NCBI GenBank assembly: GCA_040902005.1 | Contig: JBBDYA010000010.1 | Location: 1-49,319 of the forward strand | Length of the DNA stretch: 49,319 nucleotides | Direction of reading: 5' to 3' | Source: Gemmatimonadaceae bacterium | GTDB lineage: Bacteria; Gemmatimonadota; Gemmatimonadetes; Gemmatimonadales; Gemmatimonadaceae | Shown here: piece by piece, positions 15,308 to 24,014 of the stretch | How positions within the stretch are numbered: the first letter of the stretch is position 1 | Layout: each line of letters begins with the position of its first letter | Program-made: the position numbers and the translations under genes | Notes under the pieces: model-generated | Told to the model about the DNA's origin: nothing | Seen by the model: the letters and a program-made list of their open reading frames with translations, nothing else | Database searches by the model: none

Positions 15308-16812
15308 GCCCGCGGCGACGGGTGCGTCCGGCGGCGATTGTCGCGGCGGTAATCGTCGCGGCGGTGATCGTCGCGGCGCTGGCCTCCGGGACTGTCTTCG
15401 CCGCGCCGTCTGCCGTTCGCGTGTTGGACTCCCGATTCCCCCACGACAAGCACGGCAACGTTTTTCCTCTCTGCGCCACCTGCCACGCGGGAGTCGTCGA
15501 ACCGGGCCAGCCGATGTGGCCCGAACCGGCACGGTGCGTGTCATGTCACGACAGTGTGGTGAAACCGCGAATCGAGTGGGAACCGCGAACGGGTCCGCGC
15601 CCGGGCAATCGGCGCTTCACGCACGAAGCACACAGTCGTGCGGCCGCCGCCAAGAATCCAGCCGACAGCGCGCTGATCCGAAACTGTTCCGCGTGTCATA
15701 CCGAGCGCGGTGCGCCACGGATGACCGTGCAGAACGCCGTAGTCGGACAATGCCTCGATTGTCACGGACTCGAGGCGCCCCACGTGGATGTCGCGAGCGA
15801 CGCATGCGCGACCTGTCACGTGCGACTGACCGACGCGCCGGGTTTGACTCGCGACGATATCGCGCGCTTCCCCCGGCCTCAGTCGCACGGCGCGAAGGAT
15901 TTCTTACTCGGCGGCCACGGCAAGGCAGCGAAAGTACCTGGCATTACCTCGGGCCCGCTCGCGGTCGCGGCGAGCTGCGCCACATGCCACGCGCGCAATC
16001 TCTGCATCGCGTGTCATGTCAACGCCCCGGAATCGCCCGTGATTCGCGCGCTGGCGCTCGACGATCGGTCACCCGCTTACGCGTCGCTGCGGCTCGTGCC
16101 GGCGGGTCACGCGTCCGCCGACTTCATGCGGGCGCACGGCCGGGACGCGCAGCGATCGACCGCGACTTGCGCGACCTGTCATGCGCGGGAGAGTTGCATG
16201 AGTTGCCACGCCAGAGACCTGCCGCGCGCCGTGGCGTCACTGCCGGCCGCCGGCACGGGACGCGCGCTCGGCGCGCGGTTGACACGCGCTGCGCCATCGA
16301 GTCACACGCGGGAGTTCAGGGAACGACATGGGGCGGAGGCGAACGCCCGCCCGAGGTCGTGCGAGACTTGCCACGTGCGCTCGACGTGCCTCGAGTGCCA
16401 CCGTCCAGACGGTGCCCGGCAGTCTCGCTACCACGCGCAGGGGTTCCTGACGCGCCACCCGAGCTCGGCCTACGCGCGCGAAGCGAATTGCAGCGATTGC
16501 CACAACCCCGCGCAGTTCTGCCAAAGCTGCCACCAGCAGGCGGGGCTTGTCGCGACGTCACGAATCGGACCGAAGGGGTACCACGACGCTTTTCGCGGCT
16601 TCAGCCTGGGACACGGACAGGCCGCGCGCCAGAGCCTCGAGTCGTGCGCGTCGTGCCACGCGGAGCGCGACTGCACTGCGTGTCATTCCGCGGTGGGCGG
16701 CGGTTTCCGATTCAACCCTCACGGGCCCGGCTTCAACGCGGCGCGGCTCCGATCAAAGAACCCGTCCTTCTGCATCGCGTGTCATGGCCGCGCGATACCG
16801 GGCGGCCGGTGA
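15304..16812 (+). CDS. Periplasmic multiheme cytochrome c (16 CxxCH)
   Basis: Hydrophobic leader; 16 CxxCH motifs including five CxxCH-x4/5-CxxCH doublets; ATG overlaps the porin stop. Confidence 0.9.
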   Translation: MSPRRRVRPAAIVAAVIVAAVIVAALASGTVFAAPSAVRVLDSRFPHDKHGNVFPLCATCHAGVVEPGQPMWPEPARCVSCHDSVVKPRIEWEPRTGPRPGNRRFTHEAHSRAAAAKNPADSALIRNCSACHTERGAPRMTVQNAVVGQCLDCHGLEAPHVDVASDACATCHVRLTDAPGLTRDDIARFPRPQSHGAKDFLLGGHGKAAKVPGITSGPLAVAASCATCHARNLCIACHVNAPESPVIRALALDDRSPAYASLRLVPAGHASADFMRAHGRDAQRSTATCATCHARESCMSCHARDLPRAVASLPAAGTGRALGARLTRAAPSSHTREFRERHGAEANARPRSCETCHVRSTCLECHRPDGARQSRYHAQGFLTRHPSSAYAREANCSDCHNPAQFCQSCHQQAGLVATSRIGPKGYHDAFRGFSLGHGQAARQSLESCASCHAERDCTACHSAVGGGFRFNPHGPGFNAARLRSKNPSFCIACHGRAIPGGR

Positions 16813-16857
16813 TCGTGCGCTGATTCTCCGGTCGCCCGACATTGCCGGACTATTTTG

Positions 16858-16894
16858 GCGTGCAAACGCCGACTCCCCTTAAGGGAAACTCCGA
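16858..16894. promoter_or_regulatory. Pair of palindromic boxes 22 bp apart upstream of USP copy 1
   Basis: GCGTGCAAACGCCGA (16858) and TAAGGGAAACTCCGA (16880); conserved upstream of the paralog. Confidence 0.55.
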
Positions 16895-16955
16895 CGCCGG
16901 AAGTCCTTGTGGACCGGCACTTTGTCTCCTGAACAGGACGCCCACGGGAGGCTCC

Positions 16956-18237
16956 ATGGCTACCGCAACGCTGCAGGATAACCGAGCAAGCGATTCTTCC
17001 GAACTCCTTGCCCGCGAGCCGACGGTAGCCGGTCCCCTGCTCGTGGCCACGGACGGCTCGGTGCGTTGTGACGCTGCCGTGCGCGCCGCGCGGGCGATCG
17101 CGTCAGTGACGCGGCAGCAGGTCCTCGTGCTCGCGGTGCACGCGCCGCTCCCGGTGATGGGCCCCGAAGTGCAGCTCGCGACGAGTCCGGCCATGGACGA
17201 GCAAAGCAGAATCGGACTTCTGGGCCAGGTGGCGGATCAGCTCGACCGGGTCGGCATTGCGGATTGGCCGGTGGAGGTGACGACGGGATCCCCGGCTGCA
17301 ACCGTCGCGACGCGCGCGAAAACGATCGATGCATCCCTGATCGTGATGGGGCTGGGCGGACACGGTGTGCTCGAGCAGGTTTTTGGCGACGAGATGGCGC
17401 TGCAGGTCTTGCGCGTTGGGTTGGTACCGATTCTCGCGGTCGCCGAAGACTTCCGGGGCCTGCCTTCGCGGGCGCTGTGCGCGGTGGACTTCAGTGCGTC
17501 GAGCAAGCGCGCCCTCGAGTTGGGCGGACCGCTGGTCCGCGCCGGCGGCAGACTGACGCTCGCGCACGTGATCACCTCCGACACCGACCCAGTGAATCTG
17601 GCGGCGATGGATCGCGTGCACGTCGGTTCGATCGGGCGCGCGCTCAAACGCGAGACGGCGGACGTGGACTTTTGCCGACGGGGTGATCTGCGAACATCGC
17701 ATCCTCGCCGGCGATCCGGCGAGCGAGCTGCTCGGGCTTGCCGCGAAGTTGCGCGCAGACTTGATCATCACCGGCTCACACGGACACAACTTCCTCAGCC
17801 GGCTGCTCGTGGGCAGCGTCTCGACGCGACTCCTGCGAAAGGCCGGTTGCTCGATCCTCGTGGCTCCGCCGCTCGGCGCGCCTGAGCTCGTGAAGGAGCT
17901 GCCTGAAAGCTCGGGACGCTTTGCCTTCTATGAGTGGGCTGAGCGTCTCGAGGAGTTTACTCGGCAGAATCTTTGGCGGCGTGCGCGGCTGGAGGTCATC
18001 GATCCCGAGATGGGCGCGCAAATCGCCGAGGACAATGTGGCCTTCATGGGCGCCTCGTTCGATCCGCGCGATGGCCGTGTCCATCTCATGTTCGGCTCCC
18101 GGAACGGCGACCGAAAGCAGCTCACGCACAGCATCGGTGGTGTGACGGCGATTCAGATTCTCCGCGGCCGGACCAGCGGTTCCTATCTCCGCATCGGGCA
18201 CGGCCGCGGACAGACGTTGCTTACGCTCGCGCCCTGA
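16956..18237 (+). pseudogene. Tandem-USP + DUF5335-like protein, split by a +1 frameshift (or sequencing error)
   Basis: ORFs 16956..17885 and 17683..18237 together align with the intact paralog 18388..19671; removing one T from TTTT at 17670-17673 restores VDFADGVICEH. Confidence 0.85.
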
Positions 18238-18283
18238 GGTACGTGAGGTACGCGCCGGGCCGACCAGCAATGCCGAATTATTT

Positions 18284-18320
18284 GGGGACAATCGCCGACG
18301 CGGTCTCAGGGAAACGCCGA
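18284..18320. promoter_or_regulatory. Pair of palindromic boxes 22 bp apart upstream of USP copy 2
   Basis: GGGGACAATCGCCGA (18284) and TCAGGGAAACGCCGA (18306). Confidence 0.55.
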
Positions 18321-18387
18321 CGCCAGAAGGCCTTGTAGAACGCCACTTTGCCTCCGAACCGCAGTGCTAATGCTCGTCGGAGGACCT

Positions 18388-19671
18388 ATGGCAACCGCGA
18401 TGCTGCAACGTGCACGCCCCCAGGAATCGGCCCTACTCCGAGCCGCGCCGGCGGCCATCACGGACCAACCACTTCTGGTGGCGACCGATGGATCATCGCC
18501 GTCGGATGCGGCCCTGCGCGCCGCCCGCGCCATCTCGGATCTCACCGGGCAGAAGGTGATCCTGCTCGGCGTGCACGCGCCGATGCCGATGATGGGACCC
18601 GAGGTGCAAATCGCCACGACGCCGAACGTGGACGCCGAGCAACGCGCGGCGCTGCAATCGCGGCTCAAGGAACAGCTGGAGCGCGTTGGGATTTCCGCGC
18701 CCTGGTCCGAACACGTCGTCACCGGGCATCCCGCCGCCACGATCGCCAACTTCGCGACGAAGATCGATGCTTGGCTCATCATCATGGGGCTGGGCGGACA
18801 CGACTTGTTCGAGCGGATCTTCGGCGACGAGATGGTGCTCCAGGTGCTGCGAGTCGGTACCGCGCCGGTGCTGGCGGTCGCGGAGAGCTTTCAGAGCTTG
18901 CCGAAGCGTGCTCTCGCGGCGGTCGATTTCAGCTCGTCGAGCGTTCAGGCGCTGGCGCTTGGCGGCGCGCTGATGAAGTGGGGCGGCGAGATCACACTGG
19001 CGCACGTGCTTTCCGCGGATCGCGAACCACTCAAGTGGTCGTCCACGGAGGCCGACTATGTACGCTCTGTTGGGCGCACGCTCGACCGGATCGTCGTGGA
19101 CGCGGGGCTGTTCGGTGAAGCAGTGCGATGCGAGCGCAAGGTACTGTCCGGCGATCCATCGAAGCAGTTGATCGATCTGGCGAAAAGCCAGCAGCCGGAT
19201 CTCATCATCGCCGGATCGCACGGACACGGCTTTCTGTCGCGACTGTTGATCGGAAGTGTCTCGACCAAGCTCTTGAGAAAGACGGGCTGCTCGATCCTGA
19301 TCGTGCCGCCGACCGAAGGTCCGGAATTCATGGACGAGCTGTCCGAGCTCGGGCGGTTCGCCTTCTACGAATGGACGGAGCGTCTCGAGGAGTTCACGCG
19401 GCGCAATACCGGCCGGCTTGCGCGGCTCGAGGTCCTCGATCCGGACATCGGTGCGCAACTCGAGGAGGACCATTCGACTTTCGTTGGCGCATCGCTGGAT
19501 CCCCGAGACGGTCGGGTCCAGATCATGTTCGGCAGCGAGGACGGCGGACATCTGACACGCTCAATCGGAGGGGTGACGGCGATCCAGATGCTGCGTGATC
19601 GGAACGGACAAGACGCGTTTCTACGCGTCGCTCACGGACGTGGGCAGACGCTGTTGACGCTCGAGCGCTGA
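18388..19671 (+). CDS. Universal stress protein (two USP domains) with C-terminal DUF5335-like domain
   Basis: LLVATDGS..LIIMG and LAAVDFS..DLIIAGSHG..GSVS USP motifs; C-terminal EW..LEEFTR..LEV.DPDIGAQ..HLTRSI; GGAGG RBS. Confidence 0.9.
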   Translation: MATAMLQRARPQESALLRAAPAAITDQPLLVATDGSSPSDAALRAARAISDLTGQKVILLGVHAPMPMMGPEVQIATTPNVDAEQRAALQSRLKEQLERVGISAPWSEHVVTGHPAATIANFATKIDAWLIIMGLGGHDLFERIFGDEMVLQVLRVGTAPVLAVAESFQSLPKRALAAVDFSSSSVQALALGGALMKWGGEITLAHVLSADREPLKWSSTEADYVRSVGRTLDRIVVDAGLFGEAVRCERKVLSGDPSKQLIDLAKSQQPDLIIAGSHGHGFLSRLLIGSVSTKLLRKTGCSILIVPPTEGPEFMDELSELGRFAFYEWTERLEEFTRRNTGRLARLEVLDPDIGAQLEEDHSTFVGASLDPRDGRVQIMFGSEDGGHLTRSIGGVTAIQMLRDRNGQDAFLRVAHGRGQTLLTLER

Positions 19672-19702
19672 GTTCTCGCGCGGAGCGATACCGGGCGGGC
19701 AC

Positions 19703-21490
19703 GTGGCGAATGGGGCGTCCGTGCCCGTTCCGCCTTTTCAGGGGGGAGTCGAAGTGAGCTGGCAGGATGTCGGTATCGTCGTCCTCATAGTGGCGGGTGC
19801 GCCGATCGTCTGGCGTACTGCGCGCAGCGCCCTGCACGGCCACTTTGCGACTGACATCGTCGCCACTCTCGCCATCGTGACCGCGGTGGTGTTGCGGCAG
19901 CCGGTCGCGGGCCTCGTGATCGTTCTGATGCAGACCGGCGGCGAGATGCTGGAGCGCTACGCCGCTCGGCGCGCATCGCGGGCACTGGAAGAGCTCGAGG
20001 ACGCGCGACCACACTCTGCCCACAGGCTTCACGACGACCGGGTGGAGGAGATCGCCGCCGACGACGTTCGTGTCGGCGACCTCCTGGTCGTCAGACCGGG
20101 CGAGCTGGTTCCAACCGACAGTGTGGTGACGGCGGGCGCGTCGTGGGTCGACCAGTCCCGACTCACCGGAGAATCCGTCCCCATCGACGTCGCCGCCGGC
20201 ACGACACTCATGAGCGGCAGCATCAACGGCGACCGTCCGCTGACGGTGCGCGCCACGGCGCCCGCCGGCGAGAGTCAGTACGAAAAGATCGTGGAGCTGG
20301 TGCGTTCGGCCCAGGCGAGCAAGGCGCCGCTGCAGCGCATCGCGGACAAGTACGCACGGTGGTTCACACCGCTGACGCTGGCCGTCTGTGCCACCGCGTT
20401 TCTGATCACGGGCGACTGGACGCGCGTACTCGCGATACTGGTCGTCGCGACGCCCTGCCCGCTGATTCTCGCGACGCCCGTCGCGGTCGTTGGAGGCATC
20501 AGTCATGCGGCGCGTCACGGCATCATCGTGCGCCATGGCGGCGCGCTCGAGGCGCTGTCGCGCATTACCGTGGCGGTTTTCGACAAGACAGGGACGCTCA
20601 CGATCGGGAGGCCCGAAGTGAGCCGCGTCGTTGCCACGCCGCCATGGAATGCGACAGAACTCGTGCGCCTCGCGGCTGCGTTGGAGCAGGGATCCGGGCA
20701 TCTGCTGGCGCGTTCGATCGTTGCCGAGGCGCATCGCCGAAACGGCTCGCTGCCGAAGGCGTTGGACGTGGCCGACGCAGCCGGGCGCGGTGTCAGTGGC
20801 ACCGTGGCGGGGAAGCGTGTGAGCGTCGGATCACGGTCGTTCGCGCTGGAGCAGAGCACACTGCACAAGACGCGGATCCACGCGATGGAAAACGGCGACT
20901 CCGCTTTACGCGCTTACGTGCTCGTGGACGGCGCACCCGCCGGCACGATCGAATTCGCCGATAGCATCCGGCCGAACATTGCGGCGACGTTTGGCCGGCT
21001 GCGCCATGCCGGCGTGGAGCGGACACTGCTCCTGTCCGGCGACAACCAGCGCTATGTGAATGACGTCGCGCGCGCTGTCGGCATCACGGAGGCGCGTGGC
21101 GACTTACTACCCGAAGACAAAGTGGACGTCGTGGCCCAGCTGGCCCACGCCGGCGAGTACGTCTTGATGATCGGTGACGGCGTGAACGACGCGCCGGCCT
21201 TGAGTCGTGCCCACGTGGGTGTCGCGCTCGCGGCGCACGGGCGCGGCATCGCGAGCGAGTCCGCGGACGTCATTCTGCTCGAGGACGACATCTCTGGCGC
21301 GGCCGAAGCGATCGAGATCGGCCGCAAGACCATGCGCGTCGCGCGGCAGAGCATCATCGTCGGCCTTGGTCTCAGCGTGATCGCGATGGTCTTCGCCGCG
21401 TACGGGATGATCCCTCCCGTGCTCGGCGCCGCGCTGCAGGAAGGGATCGACGTCGCGGTGATCGTCAACGCGTTGCGAACAAGTCGCTGA
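19703..21490 (+). CDS. Heavy-metal P1B-type ATPase (P1B-5-like)
   Basis: TGES, ATPCPL, DKTGT, GDGVNDAPAL, QEGID; start uncertain (19703 or 19754). Confidence 0.92.
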   Translation: MANGASVPVPPFQGGVEVSWQDVGIVVLIVAGAPIVWRTARSALHGHFATDIVATLAIVTAVVLRQPVAGLVIVLMQTGGEMLERYAARRASRALEELEDARPHSAHRLHDDRVEEIAADDVRVGDLLVVRPGELVPTDSVVTAGASWVDQSRLTGESVPIDVAAGTTLMSGSINGDRPLTVRATAPAGESQYEKIVELVRSAQASKAPLQRIADKYARWFTPLTLAVCATAFLITGDWTRVLAILVVATPCPLILATPVAVVGGISHAARHGIIVRHGGALEALSRITVAVFDKTGTLTIGRPEVSRVVATPPWNATELVRLAAALEQGSGHLLARSIVAEAHRRNGSLPKALDVADAAGRGVSGTVAGKRVSVGSRSFALEQSTLHKTRIHAMENGDSALRAYVLVDGAPAGTIEFADSIRPNIAATFGRLRHAGVERTLLLSGDNQRYVNDVARAVGITEARGDLLPEDKVDVVAQLAHAGEYVLMIGDGVNDAPALSRAHVGVALAAHGRGIASESADVILLEDDISGAAEAIEIGRKTMRVARQSIIVGLGLSVIAMVFAAYGMIPPVLGAALQEGIDVAVIVNALRTSR

Positions 21491-21975
21491 TGGAGACCAC
21501 CATGTCACTCGTGCATCTACATCTGTTGCTCAATCATGTCCCCGTGATCGGGTTGTTGTTCGTCCTGCTGGTGCTCGGCGTAGCGCTCTGGCGCCGCAAC
21601 AGCGAGACCGGAAAGCTCGGCATGGCCATGCTGGTTGGCATCGCCGCGGTGACGGCCGTCGTGTTCCTGACGGGCGAGCCGGCGGAGGAAGCGGTCGAGA
21701 ATCTCGCTGGGGTCTCGGAAGCGGTGATCCACGAGCACGAGGAAGCGGCCGATGCCGCCCTGATCGCGACGAGCGTGGCCGGCGTGACCGCGCTGGGACT
21801 GCTGCTGCTCTATCGGCGGCGCGAGCTACCGCGGTGGGCGGTGGGCGGCACCCTGGCGATCGTGCTCGTGGTCAGTGGACAGATGGCGTGGACCGCGAAC
21901 CTCGGCGGGCAGATCCGGCACACCGAAATTCGGTCGGCCTCACCGGCCAACGACTCCGGCGCCAACGAGCACTAG
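21490..21975 (+). CDS. His-rich four-helix membrane protein (DUF2231-like)
   Basis: HLHLLLNHVP, HEHEE and TANLGGQIRH motifs, four TM segments; TGATG coupling to the ATPase. Confidence 0.75.
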   Translation: METTMSLVHLHLLLNHVPVIGLLFVLLVLGVALWRRNSETGKLGMAMLVGIAAVTAVVFLTGEPAEEAVENLAGVSEAVIHEHEEAADAALIATSVAGVTALGLLLLYRRRELPRWAVGGTLAIVLVVSGQMAWTANLGGQIRHTEIRSASPANDSGANEH

Positions 21976-22097
21976 TGCTTCACAAGGCCGGGAGGGTCGC
22001 CTCAACGGTTTGGTTTCAGGCCGCGCTCTTGCCCTCGGCGTGCGCTCAGTGGCCGCAGCAGGGGGGCGCATTTTTCCAGCGTCGGGCATTCGCCGCC

Positions 22098-22442
22098 ATG
22101 TCTGCGAATCATGTCACGCACGTCGATAGCGACGCCCTCGACGCAGCGATCCTGAAGGGGTTTTCCGCCGTGAAGTTCTCGGCGGCGTGGTGTCCTCCAT
22201 GCCGCATGATGGAGCCGGTCCTCGACAAGATCGCGGCAGAATACAAGGACCGCATCACGTTCCTGGAGATCGATGTCGACGACGCCGATCCGCGGATCGC
22301 GGAAGCGCTCGCTGTCCGGGCTCTGCCGACGCTCGTGTTCTTCCGCGACGCCCGGCCCATCGATCGACTGGTCGGCCTCCCCACGAAGGAGCAACTGCGC
22401 AGGAAGGTGGAGCAGATCTTGACCGGTCCCGCTGCGATCTAG
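22098..22442 (+). CDS. Thioredoxin
   Basis: FSAAWCPPC active site and VRALPTL cis-Pro motif. Confidence 0.88.
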   Translation: MSANHVTHVDSDALDAAILKGFSAVKFSAAWCPPCRMMEPVLDKIAAEYKDRITFLEIDVDDADPRIAEALAVRALPTLVFFRDARPIDRLVGLPTKEQLRRKVEQILTGPAAI

Positions 22443-22451
22443 AATCAGATC

Positions 22452-22487
22452 ATGAAGACCCTGTTCATTCTCAATGATCCGCCATAG
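22452..22487 (+). pseudogene. 11-codon stub of a DsrE/DsrF-family gene
   Basis: Reads MKTLFILNDPP then TAG TGA; resembles the DsrE/YchN N-terminus (..ILNDPPYG). Confidence 0.6.
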
Positions 22488-22511
22488 TGATCCTCTTCTA
22501 AGGCCAGGCAC

Positions 22512-23678
22512 ATGCAGCACTCAGCAAGACGCGCGCAGCGCGCGCTCATCCTCGGTGGCGGAGTGGGTGGCGTGGTCGCCGCCAATCGGTTGCGCAAGCT
22601 GCTCCCCAGAACCCACGATGTCGTTCTGGTGGAGCGTGAACGGTACCACGTGTTCCAACCCTCGTTGCTCTGGCTTGCGGTTGGCTGGCGCAGACCGGAC
22701 CAGATTCGTCGGCCGCTCGAACGTCTTCGGCGCAAAGGCATCGACGTTGTCACAGGGGAAGTCACTCGCATTGAACCGGCAACGCGGTCGGTTGTCGCCG
22801 GTAGCCAGACACTCACAGGTGACGCGTTGATCGTGGCGCTCGGGGCCGAGCTGGGGCCGGATTCCATTCCGGGGCTCTCGGCCGCGGGCCACAACCTCTA
22901 CACGCTCGATGGAGCCATCGCGATAAAACGGGCGCTCGACTCGTTTCGCTCGGGGTCCATCGTGGTGCTGACTGCGGCTCCGGCGTACAAGTGTCCAGCG
23001 GCTCCGTACGAGGCCGCCATGCTCATCGAGGGCGCTTTGCGTCGGCGCGGCCTGCGCGAATCCACCCAAGTGAACCTGTATGCGGCCGAGCCGGGTCCCA
23101 TGGGAGTCGCGGGTCCGCACGTCTCGACCGCCGTTCGACAGATCGTGGAGTCAAAAGGAGTCAACTATCACCCGGGGCACCAGGTGGTCTCCGTCGACCC
23201 TGAAAAGCGGCGATTGGCATTCGCCAACGGGGTCGCGGCGGACTTCGACCTCCTCATCTACGTGCCGCCACATCGCGCACCCGCCCTCGTGCGCGCGGAT
23301 CTGGGCAACGAGACGGGGTGGATTCCCGTGAATCGCACGACGTTCGAGACGAGCTTCCCCGGTGTGTTCGCGATCGGCGACGTCACGACGGTTCCCCTCA
23401 GCGTCGGAAAGCCGCTCCCGAAAGCGGGAGTCTTTGCCCATGCTCAGGCCGAGGTCGTCTCGGCGAACATCGCCAACGCATGGACTGGCCGCGGCACGCG
23501 CCGTGGGTTCGATGGGCACGGCCAATGTTTTGTAGAAACGGGGGACGGCCGAGCCGGTTACGGTGCGGGGAATTTTTACGGGGAACCTGCCCCACAGATC
23601 GCGCTCCACCGACCGAGCGTCATGCGGCACTGGGGCAAGGTCCTGTTCGAGAAACAGTGGCTCTATCGATGGTTCTAG
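22512..23678 (+). CDS. SQR-like FAD-dependent oxidoreductase
   Basis: GGGVGG Rossmann motif, YKCPAAPYE, FAIGD, LPKAGVFA and a second Cys in GQCFVE. Confidence 0.88.
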   Translation: MQHSARRAQRALILGGGVGGVVAANRLRKLLPRTHDVVLVERERYHVFQPSLLWLAVGWRRPDQIRRPLERLRRKGIDVVTGEVTRIEPATRSVVAGSQTLTGDALIVALGAELGPDSIPGLSAAGHNLYTLDGAIAIKRALDSFRSGSIVVLTAAPAYKCPAAPYEAAMLIEGALRRRGLRESTQVNLYAAEPGPMGVAGPHVSTAVRQIVESKGVNYHPGHQVVSVDPEKRRLAFANGVAADFDLLIYVPPHRAPALVRADLGNETGWIPVNRTTFETSFPGVFAIGDVTTVPLSVGKPLPKAGVFAHAQAEVVSANIANAWTGRGTRRGFDGHGQCFVETGDGRAGYGAGNFYGEPAPQIALHRPSVMRHWGKVLFEKQWLYRWF

Positions 23679-23719
23679 CCCGGCTGCGTGACGGAAGACG
23701 GAGAACGACTGTGCCTGCG

Positions 23720-23875
23720 TCAGGACGCGGCGAGCCGAGCGGAAATCCCCTGCGTCGACGCGCGGTCCAGACGCTCCACGAGCTCGCGGACGCGCGCGGA
23801 CAGTCGACGAAGAAACAGCCACGCGACCGCCGGATCGTCGCGCATGATCTCGCGAAGCGTCGCGCGAGGGTGTCG
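23720..23875 (-). pseudogene. Crp/Fnr-family regulator internal fragment
   Basis: PRATLREIMRDDPAVAWLFLRRLSARVRELVERLDRASTQGISARLAA resembles the Crp/Fnr C-helix/hinge; no start, cNMP barrel or HTH remains. Confidence 0.5.
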
Positions 23876-24014
23876 AGAACGGCCGGATTCGGCACTCGTG
23901 GACTCTGATTTGGTCACGCCCAAAGTGACTTTAGTACCTGCGCCGCGGAAGCCCGAGGGGATAGCATGGTGGAGCAGATACGCAACAAGGAAACGCGAAA
24001 CAACAGGGGGCGGT

